A stretch of 64,000 nt of DNA from Phoronis australis (Eukaryota > Animalia > Phoronida): NCBI GenBank assembly GCA_002633005.1, contig NMRA01000021.1, positions 341,058 to 405,057 on the forward strand. Direction: 5' to 3'. Below are positions 33,151 through 45,541 of the stretch, piece by piece. A program made the translations under genes and the position numbers. A model generated the notes under the pieces. That model did not search any database, was not told the DNA's origin, and saw only the letters and a program-made list of their open reading frames with translations. Numbering within the stretch: the first letter of the stretch is position 1; every line of letters starts with the position of its first letter.

Positions 33151-35518
33151 CTAAAAAGAAAAGCGAAGTGAAATATGAAAGGAAAACCCGCATAGTTATC
33201 ACTTAAAATAATCGTGTTCTTATGAGGGGTAAGAGTCAAATCTATTGGAACCAGCCCCGAGTTCAGTAATTCTAGGACCTCGCTAAAAAGCAAGACTTCG
33301 CGAGATAACGTGAGATGTTGCCATGTATTTTAAATGAAAACACGTGATACTGGCTAGATTTTAGAGAGGTCGAAGCGTAGGTCCCAGCGTTATTAATCTC
33401 TACCCTGGCTTGAGTCTACTTTAAAATTGAGGAAGTAATGCGCATTTCTTATTGGAGGAAAAATCATGATTTATGTGCGCCTAACACAGACCTACGTAAG
33501 TGTCTTGTAATGTTAAAAAGGTATAGTTGGGTTTGGTCTAGCCGTGGTACAAAGCTGTACAATCTTCATACAGCTAGCTGGCAGGCTAGGTCTGGTCTTG
33601 TTTTTGAAAATCGAATCGGTGGTGTGTCATAGATTCGTTATTCCACGCTTCAGGATTTGTACTTCCTGTGAGTTAGATATGTTGGTGAAATTAAATATTT
33701 GTGTATGCCACGTAATTAAACTCATTTTCAGTCGTACATTAACACATTGGCCACGTTTCAGGAGAAAACATTGGGAGACACCTATCAACAGTCGGTACGG
33801 TAAAATCTCACCAATTCCGCACACAAAATGTGGCGGCCAAGTGACACGTATATTTATTTTTTTGTTTCATGATAGATTAGTCAAACCAAGTAAATGCTGT
33901 ATAATTTCTCACCTGTATACCACAGCTGCCATCAAATCAATAACATTTAAGAAATTGTGTGCAATCACAATAATGTTAGGAACTTTCGAAAAAATGAAAA
34001 AGATAACTTTTGGCAATTAGTTTTTCCGAAACCTGTTGAGATATTACTGTTCTAATAAAAGACATTGTCACACCAATATACTGTTAGATCAAATTTGAGA
34101 ATTTGTATAGATTTCAGTAAATATTTTATATATAATTGCAAAATGTTGAAGCACAACCACAATTCTAGCCAATACTCAGCGCAAACGACACATATGAACA
34201 CAGTCACGGCGGCAGAATGTGCCGGAACCCCAAACAGTGGATGCTACTTGATACAAAAATACATGAAATACAATGGAACGGCAGAACACAAAAATCCAAC
34301 AACGCAACTTTCAATACCTTATTTACTTGTCATCTGTTATTATGAGTACACAAAACTTAATTCGTCTGACACTTAAACGACTAATCTTATTCCCGCCATT
34401 TCATGGATGAGAAGGCAAATAATTCCCAGCAGGAGACATCACATTTCTCATTTTTATATGAAGACATACTTGATTGCTGATGTCATTAGGCAGATATAGT
34501 GATTTATTAACGAAGAATAACTCAGTAAATGTTGATTACGATAATAAAACAATCAAGAAGAATTGCACGTATTTTTAAGGACATTTATATTCTCTGAAGA
34601 ATTTAGAAACCTCTCACAATAAATGATTTCCGCAGACATCTAGCGATAGCGATGTTATCGTCAGAATACGACGGCAATAATCTGTCGAGGGTATTTCTGA
34701 ATATGGTTTATGCAAGTATTCTATGCATACGAACTATATTTGAAATAATCGGTTTCTCTGTTAATACCTTCTTCGAAAAGATTTTTGTTGTTTGCGATGT
34801 ACTGGACTATCCAATTAGTCCTACCAGTGCTTTAGCAACAAACGTCGGGACACTACGCACCACCGTTCCAAACGCCGTAACACTATTCAAGAGTCTATTA
34901 AATGCAAGTCGTTACATGCTTAAGCTCACTGTAATATATTACTAGAATACATTATACACCGTAACACTCCTAAACGAGTCCCACATGCGTGTTACAGTGC
35001 ACTCCAGGATCAAGTCGATGTTTACTCTTGTTGCCAAGATTTTGGCTTACATTCGGCTTCGAGACTAGCGGCAATCTGTATTTTGCGTCGAATTTACAAA
35101 GTGGCAGACTCAGGTGAAAGTACCGCTATCCCAGAACTCTTAGGTCTTGCGACTTCACACTTGTTCTCAAAAAAGCCGTCTCATTGCGGGCCTGTTGAAG
35201 AGTGTTACAGTGTATAATGTATTATAGTAATATATTACAGTGAGCTGCAAGCATGGAACGGCTTGCACTTAATAGACTTTTGAATAGTGTTGCATGCCCA
35301 GATTTTAATTGATATCAATATTTCAGGTGAAATCTCAAAAATGCAGTAACAGTTTTCTAAGCCTTCATTCCGTTTTGTTCTATGCAACTATATAATTTTT
35401 ATAAAAATGAAATGTCCTATTACTTGATAGCGCTTCATGCAAGTGGAAAATTTCGTTGAAGAACTTAGTATAAAGCGTAGAACCTGAAAGATTTGTTCCC
35501 GAGATATGATGCTACAAT

Positions 35519-35715
35519 CATGCGCGTACCCAGCCTTCAATATGGGGGACTCGAATTCCCGACGTTGTGGACCTTTTGCTAACAAAAGAGCGGACGGACT
35601 AAAAAAAAACGGGGGTACCACTGTGAATTGCGCGTTTGCGCTTATTTAGTGCACTTTTGTCCCATTTTCTCGGACTTTTTGTCTCTCGGGGGTGGACCTT
35701 TTGCCCACTTCGTTC
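35519..35715 (+). mobile_element. Truncated copy of the CATGCGCG-terminal MITE family B
   Basis: CATGCGCGTACCCAGCC..CTCGAATT..TGTGGACCTTTT..GGACCTTTTGCCCACTTCG is shared with 36490-36747; the right end is missing. Confidence 0.7.
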
Positions 35716-36142
35716 GAGTATGCCAAATGTAGCCAAATTAGTACATTTTGTAGGGTTCTCGATCCTACAAACATTTCATTCCGCGACGGGTATAAACAGC
35801 TATATATAGAGTGTTCATCACATCTCGTATATTTTTGTAACCTCATTCGGGGCCTCGAAATTATCTGAGGTGTTTCAGATTATTGAGGCACACAAGCCTG
35901 AATACAGGTGATTTTTGGGCATGAGAATACTGGCAATTCGTTTTATGAACTTACTTGAGTAGGTTGGTTTTTGTGGATCGAAAAGCAATCTCAGGGAACA
36001 TTACCGCGGACTTGTAGGGTTAATGTAATCGGGATGTTTTATTGTCAATAATTTCAACTCTAACACTGTTTTAAAGGTTACTAAATTTTAATGATTTCGC
36101 TCTAATTTTGCCAGCTTCTGCTCTACTGTTTACTGTACTAGA

Positions 36143-36808
36143 GACACTTGATTGACTTCGTCCATTCCTCCAAGTCAACCGGAGAGCGTTCCGTAGACCA
36201 AATTTCTCGCGTGAAAATTTCACTAAACCTCGCAAAATCACTCTAGTGTAAAGCGAGCTGGTGTTTCAGTCATGAGTATGCTTGGAAGCTTACTACAGCC
36301 TGTCCTAGAAAATGACTGCCACTGAAATTATTGGCCAGTAAGGTTCTAATGCTAAGCTGTTGGACTGAATTCAGTCGTTCCATAAGCAAAGGGCTTTCAC
36401 AGCAAGTCTAAGCTAATGACTTCCGGTCTACGGAACTCAACGCTAATTGGTGAGTATGCCGGAAGTGGTCATCAACAACTAACCAGATGCATGCGCGCTT
36501 TCAGCCTAAAAATAGGGTGCTCGAATTTTTGAGAATGTGGACCTTTTACTAAGATTAACGGGGAACGTTTGTGCATTCCCTGAATTTTGGTAGTTCTTGT
36601 CTTTTCAGTGGACTTCGATCTGTCTAGTTTTCTATTTTTTTCGGAGTTTTTGTTTCTCTGAGGCGGACCTTTTGCCCACTTCGCCACTGAAATGGGGGGC
36701 TCGTGTGAGCCCCCCCCCCGAGCCCCCCGCCCCTGGGTGCGCGCATGAGATGGCTTAGTTGGCCTAACGTCCCTACAGAAGCGACGAAGTCAATCGCAGC
36801 TACGTGTC
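36143..36808. mobile_element. Older inverted-repeat element interrupted by the 36490-36747 insertion
   Basis: GACAC..GATTGACTTCGTC (about 36143-36161) is inverted with GACGAAGTCAATC..GTGTC (about 36783-36808); internal inverted pair GTTCCGTAGACC / GGTCTACGGAAC. Confidence 0.5.
36490..36747 (+). mobile_element. MITE family B, full copy with perfect 5-bp target duplication AGATG
   Basis: Termini CATGCGCGC..CAG / CTG..GCGCGCATG; AGATG at 36485-36489 and 36748-36752. Confidence 0.85.
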
Positions 36809-37068
36809 ACTGGATACTGTTTAGCATGACGTCATTTTGACGTCATTATGACGTTTTGGACCCAGTGTGACGGTATGTTTATTTTTATTTCCGGGTCCAA
36901 ATTGCGTCATCTACTGCCATGACTAAACATCCGGATAAGTGGTCCTTGTGCAACAGGAGCGCGGCCGTCGATTGTTCACTAAAAGTAATAGTCGCGCTTG
37001 TCGATTTAGCGAAATTTTACTGAAATGCTTTAAGTGTTGACGAGGATGAACTTGTCTGAAAATTTTAA

Positions 37069-37409
37069 AGCGATTACTAAACCCGCTTTCCATCACAAAA
37101 ACTGTAGCTTGCCTCAAAATTATTCCTTTATCAAATTAGATTCTGATGACTAAGTGATTTCATTGTTCTACAAGTGGCGTTGTCACGGCGTGTCATTTTA
37201 TGCGTCGAACGTGGTCTCAAGCAATAACGAACCGTCAGTTTTTTGCCGAGTGCAAACCCACGTCACTTCTGGTCTGAGCAAGGAACAAGTCACGAGACCA
37301 ATTTTCTCAGCGGTAAGTTGTCAAAACCAAAAGTTCGCTAAAACCGTTAAAACCATCTAGGGTAGGTAAATTTGTTTCAAATTAGCAAAAGTAGGGTTTA
37401 GTATCAACT
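37069..37409 (+). mobile_element. Kolobok-like palindromic MITE family A, copy with TTAA at both ends
   Basis: TTAA-AGCGATTACTAAACCC ... GGGTTTAGTATCAACT-TTAA; core GTCACGGCGTGTCATTTTATGCG and AAGGAACAAG..GAGACCAATTTT. Confidence 0.75.
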
Positions 37410-40400
37410 TTAAAAACGCGACCACGGGATGGCAAGGACTATTTTCACGGGTCAGATTCCAATACCCAGTGAGGGAGTTTGTGACTTCAAAACCAGATGC
37501 TCCAGGCCTTTGTTTCAAGAATAAAAACCAAAATTCATCGCTGACGAAATCACTACACATTCAACGACCCGCCTGACCGACATAAAAGAGAATTATTGGC
37601 TGTTTTGAGCGTAAATGAGAAACTGAGTGATCATAAACCTGATTGTCTTTTACGCTGTCACTGGTTTGTTTCCCATAATGTGCGTGTTTTGTAGTACACG
37701 ACAACTCTAATTGCCAATGCGATGTAGCACTCTCATACTGACGGCAGAATTCTACATTAATTATTCACAGACAAGGGTTGAGTGCCTCAACACGATTGCC
37801 GTAAGGTTCAAACAGCTTTTGACATTTCAATAATTCGGCTCACAGCGTCTGACTCGCTTTCACATTCAGAAATATAGAGTAACAGCAAACACTTGTCACC
37901 ACTCTCATGTGAAATATAAATACTTTCCTACAATGAGCCTGACCCAAACGCAACAAAATTCCTGTCGACTACCTCGTTATTTGCACATCACATGAATAGG
38001 GAATGTGTTTTTACAGAATGCCGTTTTGCTTCCAAAGCTTATATATTTTGCGTAATCTGCATTTTGTTTTTTTATTTTTAAAACGCCGTTTACGTTTTGA
38101 ATTCATTTTTGAGTTCATTACAAAAACAGTCGGAGAGACTTAATGAATTAAACCTGTAATTTTCGTTGCGTCACAGGTGTCTCACTTTTTGACAGTTAGA
38201 AGAATTCAAGTACGTATCAAAGAATTTGACAATCTAGTACCTTAAATTACATTGAAACCAAATCAAACCGGATCTAAACTAACTGACATTGCCTTTTTGA
38301 ACTAATGAGGCGTAAATCAAACCAAAGTAAAAGACACTCGAGACAATTTTTGTTACGGAAATATTGCAGGGGAGACACTCAGCTTAAGTACAATAACCTA
38401 CCTCCCACGAGCGAACCTCCACCATCATCGCTTTCTATGGCGGAACGGTGATAACAAAACGCCGTTCATGCAATTTTGTTCGCATGCATAAGTTACATAA
38501 TTACATGCCATAACATCTTAATAGTACTTAGTGCATACTGCGTCTACAAATTGGACGTATTCATCACCAATTAGATGTTACGCGTTCGTCAGCCTCTGCA
38601 AAATGCAGGTTTCCTAGTCCTTGTGACGTTCGCAAACGATAGCGGCAGACGACCCACGAGTAGCGCAGCATCCTCAGACGAAAAACCAACATTTCTCAAC
38701 GCATGCAAATTTACGTTCGCGCTACGATCACCAGATGCCTTTGCTTCGGTATATCAATAAAACGTTAGGCTACCGTTCTACATGCCAACGGTTCTATGTT
38801 GTTCTTTCTGAGTGTCTGTAGTATTTCATTATTGGATTCTTCGATTGTAAAACAAATACACGGGATGAACAACTATAATGTCGAGGCATCTAATTATGGA
38901 TAGAGAACTGCCACGCTCTGTAAGGAAAACATGATCTCTAGTCCTGATTCTCCACATTTGACATTGCCGGTTTTTGTTATTAGTGTGACTGCTGCCAATG
39001 CTTCGAGTCAAAACAAAAAGGTAAATTTCGATTCCTTAGGATCTTTGTCATTTTCGATTAGGGGATGCGTATCAACGGTAGGCCTACAACACGAATCACA
39101 GCTTTAGCGGTTAAACTTGTATTTTCCACACACGATACAAAAAACAGTCTTTATTGGAAGTGAAGTCAGAAGCTCAGAGGTTAGGCTAAATCACACAAAG
39201 GCGTCATTTCTTTATTTACATACTCCCATATTTGCACGCAGACACAAAAATGATGGCTTTAGTTCTATTGCGGACAGAGGATAAAAATATTGCGTGTTTC
39301 TTCGACCAAAAACTTAAAATTGCCGAAAAACGAGAACTAAAACTTGGTTTACCTTTATAAAAATGTCACCATTAAATTTCCTAACACCGAGAGGATTTTG
39401 CGTCTCTTGCCGTGATGAGCAGCCACAGGTGAGTACTAACTGTCCAAACATACCACCCAAATGTCTCCATTTCAGTTAAATAGCGGGTTATCCCTGATAT
39501 TGTCATGGTTAGAAAAAAATTGATTCCAGTTTATATACTTATTAACTTCAAACTACAAATTGTGCACCCTTGTTTGTCAATTCTGATGTCACAAAATATT
39601 GAAGTACACTGTATAATAAATTTTAGCAAAGTTTCAAAATTTCAAATTTTAAAAGGTGAAATCAATAATGGAGTTCGAAGGGTAGCGGTTGATTGTGTGA
39701 GTGCCTTGTTGGTTAGCGTATCAGACTGTACTGACCGTTATCTTAGGTTTGGCATTAGTCCTTCATCTTCGAAATGTTACAGCGACAGCGTTGTTTCATC
39801 CACCGCTCGTAATCATCCAAAAGCTTCTATCTCACACTGCGTGATTCGTGTTTGCGTCCGCTTACGGTGTACGTTTCTTGTGTGTTCTGCTCTTAGCGAG
39901 TAGCATTCGAAACAACGTCACGTGAATAAAATCGCTTTCTGTTTTTGTGGACTAGTTTTAGTTATTAGTATCGTGTTAAGAGATATTACATTTACTGGAC
40001 ACTCAAATAATGGTTAGTTTGCAAGAAAGCAGTTTAAGTGTCCAGCATCTAAATTATGGCTCCCAGTTAACTACTTTATACACGTTCGAGCGGTCCTTCA
40101 CCACAACTTTCAATGTTCTAAGATCAATAAGAACCCGTGATTATTCATGAGAATATCAAAATAATATTGCCAGAGATAGCCGACTTTACCTCAATATTAA
40201 CTCGGTTTGTTGTCCCAAGCGTAAACAGACTGAAGTAGAATGCAATAGGTTTATTATATACTTCAACGACCTCGGGGAGTTAGTCCATTCGGCTTGCTTA
40301 TAGAGGTCTGTCAACTCTGATGACCTGGCCAGAACTAAATGAGAATCGATTAAAAAGATGAAGGTGCATTTAGTCGGTTTTCATGACACACACTTAAGTT

Positions 40401-40604
40401 TTATGCGTATGGTAATCAAATTTGTGAACGCTGAAGAGAACTAAGAAAGTTTGCAATTTTGTTGTTAGCATTTGCGGAAAATCGATCTAAATACTTCAAC
40501 TGTCATTTCTTAATCCGGCACGAGTGAACAAATCGTTCAAACTTCGCCAGGTGACCTTTAAAAATGACGACGGATCGATAGCGCCACACCAACCACCACC
40601 ACCA

Positions 40605-40637
40605 TCGTCATCGTCACCGGTTATGATCATGATTACG

Positions 40638-40708
<71 letters not shown>

Positions 40709-40875
40709 ACTAATCACCATCGTCGTCATCACCATCATCATCAACATCCGTATCATACTCATCATAGTCGCCTTTGTCGTCGTCGTCGCCCCAGTTATTG
40801 TAATCAACAACATCATGGTCCTCATCAGTATCAGAGTTTAACATTAATAAAATCATCGTCTTCATCACTGTCGTT
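40605..40875. repeat. (ATC)n microsatellite with degenerate flanks
   Basis: Pure ATC run at about 40638-40708; explains the poly-M/poly-I ORFs. Confidence 0.95.
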
Positions 40876-40929
40876 ATCTTAATACTTCTAGCTTATCATC
40901 ACGCCTCTTCCTTCACAAAATCTAACTTT

Positions 40930-41240
40930 TTAATTAATTACTGTCTTGAAATTGGTCTCTCAGATTGTTCCTCAGTCAAGTTGAAGAAGTCACCAGACTT
41001 ACAAAAGTAGTGGCAGTACGTTATTGTTTGAGAACACGCTCTAAAATTTGGTTTATCACGGTGTGTCACTTAATGCGCCAAGCATGGTATCAACGAATAA
41101 CGAACTCGTCAGTTCTTCGCAAACCCGGAGATCGTTTCTCATCTGAGCTAAGAACAAGTTGGGACCAATTTTGCAGAGTTACATGGTTTACATAAAAAGT
41201 TCGCTTTTTTGTGCAGAACACAGGTTTATGGTCGCAAATC
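40930..41240 (+). mobile_element. Kolobok-like MITE family A, diverged copy
   Basis: Left arm AAATTGGTCTC..TTGTTCCTCAGTC, core TCACGGTGTGTCACTTAATGCGCC, right arm AAGAACAAGTTGGGACCAATTTT..GGTTTATGGTCGC. Confidence 0.6.
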
Positions 41241-42244
41241 AAAACCAGGGAATACAATTCAGGTGATTACTATTCAGGTGATTTTATCAGTCGACCTCTT
41301 GAAACTGTTAAAAGAGTCTTTCAGCTTAAATGAGCATCACTGCTATTTTCCTAAATAAAATTTCCAGCTGCTAGGTACCGATAGTAGAATTAGACCCATC
41401 CTTGAAGCTCAAGACATATTTTTTACAGGATTTTGCCAAAAAAAGCATTTCAATGCTAGGAAAATTACTTGGCTTTTTCATTCTGTCACGCAAGTTTCAC
41501 CTTTCCTAAAAATGGACAGCAGAAAACACAGAGTAGTCTCGAGATGACGTCATACCAATGATTTTTTCCTCTCATTTTACAGGGCTGTGATGCGCAAGAA
41601 ATCTTGTATTTTCAGTTTCACTGGAATCTACCTTAAGACATTTTAAAGCCATGACTTGAAATCTGCGTTTGATCACGAAACGTGACCCTTAACAAACCCG
41701 CGACTTTCAAGCTCTCCGGGTACTGAAAAACTTCACTCACGTTCATTCACACAAACTTCAGACGCGATTAATGAGAACAATCAACTCTTGTTGGTTTAAG
41801 TCAGATTTAGAGATTCCTCCACCAGAGTAATTCCGTCCAACTGAAGTAATGAAGTGCGAAATCTTGTGGAAAAGACAGTGCTGCGCCGTAAGTTGGAAGC
41901 TAACTCTTTGTTCCACATTTTAAAGATGCACTATTCTCTGAGTTGTAGCGTAATAACTTTGTAGACCGAGCGCACAAAATTCTAAAATATACGAACGAAC
42001 AGGTGGAGACGTCAACATCTCCTACTGAGAAGATTCCTTAATAAAAATCATATGATTAGCTTTTTATTACGTCGTAAAACTAATATTACCCTCTTAACCT
42101 CCCATTCATATCTTCATGCAAAACAACGGTAACAAGTCCCTCTCGTTAGACTTACTTCTATTTTTCTTCGTAAAGATTATCGAGTCATCTCGGGATGACT
42201 GTAAAAACGATTGATTGGTTTTTAAGTCGACTCTTCGTCGATTG

Positions 42245-42330
42245 TTTAAAGCTGACATAAACGCACGTTCCGTCGAGGAAACTAAACTTGATTTTGACAA
42301 TTTACCGCTGTAAAAATTGGTCTCACCTTA
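42245..42330. mobile_element. Single-arm fragment of MITE family A
   Basis: TTTAAAGCTGACATAAACGC..TTACCGCTGTAAAAATTGGTCTCA is the reverse complement of the family's right arm. Confidence 0.5.
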
Positions 42331-43577
42331 CATAGATAAGAATTGAATTTTGGTCTTGCAAAGAACTGACAGTAAATAATGCTCAACAAACAAAATGATA
42401 GGTCGTGACAAGTCAACGTGTAGAGTTTGTTACCAAGCAATGATGAAATCACATCCATTTTGACTAAGGGATGAGATCAATTTTGATATGTGGTCTAAAT
42501 CAAAAGTTGCCTGTTATAGCAGAAAGTGAGACTATAGCAACTCTGTCAAATGTGAATAATTAGCTGCGACACTGAATGTCTGGTTTCTTTTATGGTCGCA
42601 ACAATTACGTAGAGAGAAGCGATAAAATCTAATTTTTTACATGAATTCCGTTCAAATTTTAGAAAAAAATATTATTCTTACACTGTCATTAACTGTGACT
42701 AGCATGTCTTTTAGTTCAGTTTCCTGGCAGGAAATGAGCTCAAATGATAGCAGTAAAAAGATGATAATGCCACCGATAGCGACGACGCATAGAGCCAAAT
42801 GCATATGTGGAAGGCATACGATGATAAAACAAGACAATCCAATGGCATTTTCACACAGTTTGTGAGATTCGGGAATTCAGCCATTTCAATCCTATTGGCC
42901 ACATGAGAAAGAATTAATCAACCACATAACACTTCACAGAAGACGAACATTAACTTGTCGTGTTTTATTTCTGTAGGAAGAATCACACTGCAAAATAATT
43001 TTTGTACAAACTGAAAATGGTTTTGTTTAAAATAAATTAACCCGAGGTAAAGAAATTTGAGCCTTGAAAGTACGTGTTCGTCTCCAATTTGGGCTTTTTC
43101 TAATTCATGGAAACTAATGATGAAGCGACTTGAATGAATAGTCTACACTACTTTCTATTGCATGAGTGATGATTGTGGCATTGGAAGAAGCAGTCACCAG
43201 GTGGCGTAACTCGTCCACGAGTCGGCTCACCAGAGACGGTAGAGACCTATCGTCTTTGGACTCAGCAAGAATTACGAAACCCCAATTCGTGGAAATCGAC
43301 GACATTTCGGGAATAAGCTCAAAACTCTTTCGAAAAAGAGACAATTTACGACTACGGTAAGCACGAGAACAATTGAAGTACAAATGTCCAAAGCACTGAA
43401 AGAACTGAATGGTAGGCTAATTGGCGCTGCTTTTGATGCCCGATAAAGACAATTTCAAGTTTTTTCATCTAAAAATACGACAAGTGTTTACACGTGGAGG
43501 TAACTGTGACCAGATGACAGTACATGTTGGGTTACGAAGTAAATGTTACAAGAAGCTCATGATATGAAGGACATTGG

Positions 43578-43594
43578 TCGCCACCTGGTGGCGA
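43578..43594. promoter_or_regulatory. Palindromic CTCF-like motif
   Basis: TCGCCACCTGGTGGCGA; the minus strand reads CCACCAGGTGGCG, the CTCF core. Confidence 0.4.
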
Positions 43595-44265
43595 TAAAAA
43601 TGGTTATTGACTTAGGGCAATACATTGAGGTTTTGCCGTCATGATTATTGCTTCAGTTATAATTGATTTTCGGCAATCAATTACGAAAAAATGTGAAGTA
43701 TAGGGAGTCATGTACGACTATAAATCAAAACGGCTACTAAATATGCCCACTTTTCTAATTAGTATGAAATTAATTATTTACGAAGCTGACTCATGTAACC
43801 ACATTTTCATACCAGTCGACGTCCTTATGGCTCGCAGTCACACCCCTGTACCTGCCGTAATAGCAGTTTCAAATCGATTGTTTGCAAATGGATATCTAAA
43901 GAAATATCTTCAAAGCGGTTTGACAGAGTTCTACCAAATTAAGCAAAATGTTTTTTAGGAAGGCACTGTGCCATCTTTCATTCGTCGTTATTTTAGATTT
44001 TAGCAATTCTTTAAATCCGGCAAAGCATGTTCTGGTGTCATGCTTCTTTATTATTCCAAAGCTGAGAGCTGCCTATATGCCCCAAACTGGAGCTTTCAGT
44101 GTTTAGGAGGGATTGGCATTTTTTCTTAAGTTTTCAGGAACGAGATATCTGATCGTAACCAACTGTTGTAATTGAAAGGAGCGAAATTGTGTTTGGCACA
44201 CCTTTACCTTTGCTCTTCCCCGCTCCGGTCATTGCAAATTGATCCACTCCCCGAATCGCCAGCCG

Positions 44266-44460
44266 TTCACGCGTCACACATTCACGCGTCACACATTCAC
44301 GCGCCAACACATTCACGTGTCACACATTCACGCGTCACACATTCACGCGTCCCTCATTCACGCGTCACACATTCACGCGTCATACATTCACGCGTCATTC
44401 ATTAACGCGTCACTCATTCACGCGTCACACATTCACGCGTCACACATTCACAGGTCATTC
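44266..44460. repeat. 15-bp minisatellite (TTCACGCGTCACACA), about 13 copies
   Basis: Tandem units are directly visible; they generate the HASHI/VTHSR repeat ORFs. Confidence 0.95.
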
Positions 44461-45511
44461 AGAATGAACTAAACTACCCTAAAATGTACTTTTTGTTGTA
44501 GCTCCTAATTTCCAAGAAATTGAAAAATGAACACAATTATTTGCATTTGCATCTGTTCAATAGCTTATTTCTGGTGCTCTAGCGTATGGTCTACGAGTTT
44601 CTATCCCTAGAAAGAACAGGGAACAAAGTTGCCGAAATACGGGAGTCACAAAATGTATGGTTTAAGCCACGGTTCGCTGTTTGAGAAAGATGGCTTTATT
44701 TTGAGATGTTAGAGTCGCAATTTCTTCCCCTTTACAATCTAAACATTGCAATCACAAAATTTAATCTCACAAAATAGTCTCAAAGTTACTTTGATGACCA
44801 TGATGGCAGTTGGTTACTAAGGAATTAGAGCGCCACCTGCATGCCGTTGACTTCAAACGGACCAATTTTGGACAGCTTGACGAACCCTGTTGAACTTGTG
44901 ACACTCCTTTTACTTGGTTTCGTCCTATGTGATGTGCTTGTAGATGGAAATCATTTTATTATGGTGTCTTAAGGTTTGATACAGTCTTTATTCCTTGATT
45001 AAATTACCTGATAATTTAGGAAGTGATTAAAAAGAAATGCCCCTTTAAATTGAGAATAGCGATTTGATGAGAATAGTCCCAGTACTGCTTCGCGAAACCT
45101 TTTAGTTTCGCAATCGCAGTCAAACACTCAACTAACTGAGTTAAATCTCACTCGATATATGACAGAGCATTTTTAAGCTTAATTAACTGGTAATCACGTG
45201 CGTCACCTGTCTTGATCTCAGTGAATGTCTGGCAGACAACGGCGAGAATTGCGAATTGGAAGAAAATCACAGAACTCAAGGGATAGCTCTGGTCAAAGCT
45301 AGTAAGTTCAAAAGTCCATCCTATCCAGTTATAATCCCCCCAAATGCGTAAGATGCTCTTAAGATATACACCATTCGACACTCGCGTCTCGCGTTTTGTG
45401 TGAAGATGTCCTTATTATCACGTTTTCGTCGGCCTCGCTGTCATTTTTGGGATTTTTTCGTCGTCGCTGTTGAGTCGTTTGTTGATTATTTTGTCGCTTA
45501 ACACTACTCAC

Positions 45512-45541
45512 CTCTTCCGGTGCTGGTTCAGAGTGACTCAT
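45512..45541 (-). CDS. TMEM151B: Probable first coding exon of TMEM151 (MSHSEPAPEE)
   Basis: The exon starts after acceptor ttttctgtttcag (45572), has ATG at 45541 and a strong phase-0 donor GAG|gtgagt. Joining it to the 33150 exon gives ..PEE|QRP.., matching the ..EE|QRP junction I recall in vertebrate TMEM151. Implies an intron of about 12.4 kb. Confidence 0.7.

Noticed and set aside
39695-39765. tRNA-like or SINE head (TGCCTTGTTGGTTAGCGTATCAGACT)
   Set aside because: No intact B box or cloverleaf; at most a very decayed SINE.
40496-40841. Poly-Met and poly-Ile ORFs
   Set aside because: (ATC)n microsatellite.
44134-44472. His-rich repeat protein ORFs
   Set aside because: A 15-bp minisatellite open in several frames, with no splice or homology support.
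45359-45511. Remainder of the 60-aa ORF after MSHSEPAPEE
   Set aside because: It follows a strong GTGAGT donor, so it is interpreted as intron read-through.
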